DNA of 64,000 bases from a virus. The position numbers and the translations under genes are program-made. The notes below the pieces were generated by a model. It saw only the letters and a program-made list of their open reading frames with translations, made no database searches and was not told the origin of the DNA. Below are positions 63,753-64,000 of this stretch, piece by piece (positions within the stretch are counted from its first letter, which is position 1; every line of letters begins with the position of its first letter). The stretch lies in IMG/VR virus record IMGVR_UViG_3300029258_005088; one strand, 5' to 3'.

Positions 63753-64000
63753 TTGTCCTTCCTCAAGAAGAATGTCTCGTAATCTCTTTTCTTCCAGCCG
63801 GGATCCCAACAGAACTGAGGATCTCCGAAGCTCGCACACGTCCAGTATGAACCGCTGGACGTACCTGCGGAAACACCGCCTACGTGCTGCACCAAGCAGC
63901 CATTGGAAGCATACCTGGTCCACTCCTTGTCGCTCCACTCCGCATAAAGAAGATCGGCCGGCAGACGCTTCTCGTTCTCCTCTAGATACTGCAGGAGACC
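63749..64000 (-). CDS. Partial CDS, probable glycosyltransferase C-terminus
   Basis: Hand translation GLLQYLEENEKR...GCLVQHVGGVS...FLRKDK*; LVQHxG is common at glycosyltransferase C-termini. Confidence 0.45.
   Translation of the reverse strand, partial: GLLQYLEENEKRLPADLLYAEWSDKEWTRYASNGCLVQHVGGVSAGTSSGSYWTCASFGDPQFCWDPGWKKRDYETFFLRKDK

Noticed and set aside
1584-63938. ORF-track upstream starts (2255, 16279, 17283, 22671, 40319, 41953, 52405, 53081, 63151, 63938)
   Set aside because: They give long overlaps with upstream genes; downstream starts have an RBS or start/stop coupling.
1-64000. Stop-codon reassignment (alternative genetic code)
   Set aside because: TAG, TGA and TAA all end genes at tightly coupled junctions, and long conserved genes are uninterrupted in the standard code.
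57184-64000. Terminase gene near the portal
   Set aside because: No Walker A/B or RNase-H nuclease motifs were found in the adjacent ORFs; it is presumably outside the window.

Overview
The window is one continuous minus-strand morphogenesis region of a large contractile-tailed (jumbo-type) phage. All 57 credible CDSs are on the minus strand, many overlap at their start/stop codons (ATGA, TGATG), and the standard code reads cleanly. In transcription order (right to left): glycosyltransferase / FkbM methyltransferase / GT71 mannosyltransferase / cysteine-desulfurase-like genes; portal; a block of membrane-helix proteins; a 1468-aa RNA polymerase beta + beta-prime(N) fusion; about 12 kb of multi-domain effector proteins; a separate beta-prime(C) gene; prohead core proteins, prohead protease, scaffold, decoration protein and HK97-fold capsid; fibres; neck; sheath, tube, spike, tail chaperone, tape measure and baseplate. 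Four results stand out. (1) A shared leader motif, G/A-Y-x-D/x-G-Y-x-x-K-x-A, with K-x-A motifs at domain boundaries, suggests a capsid-targeting and protease-processing system. It would package polyproteins (SET, HAD, nucleotidyltransferase, GNAT, zincin, lysozyme, InPase, ferritin-like, clan-CD protease, possible ART) and possibly the RNA polymerase. (2) The multisubunit RNA polymerase is split in an unusual place. (3) The 16-bp palindrome TGAATACGCGTATTCA occurs three times, 20-26 kb apart, twice inside coding sequence. (4) A likely -1 programmed frameshift occurs in the tail chaperone gene. All family assignments come from motif recognition by eye; no database search was run. No terminase, tRNA, rRNA, CRISPR array, integrase or transposase was recognised.
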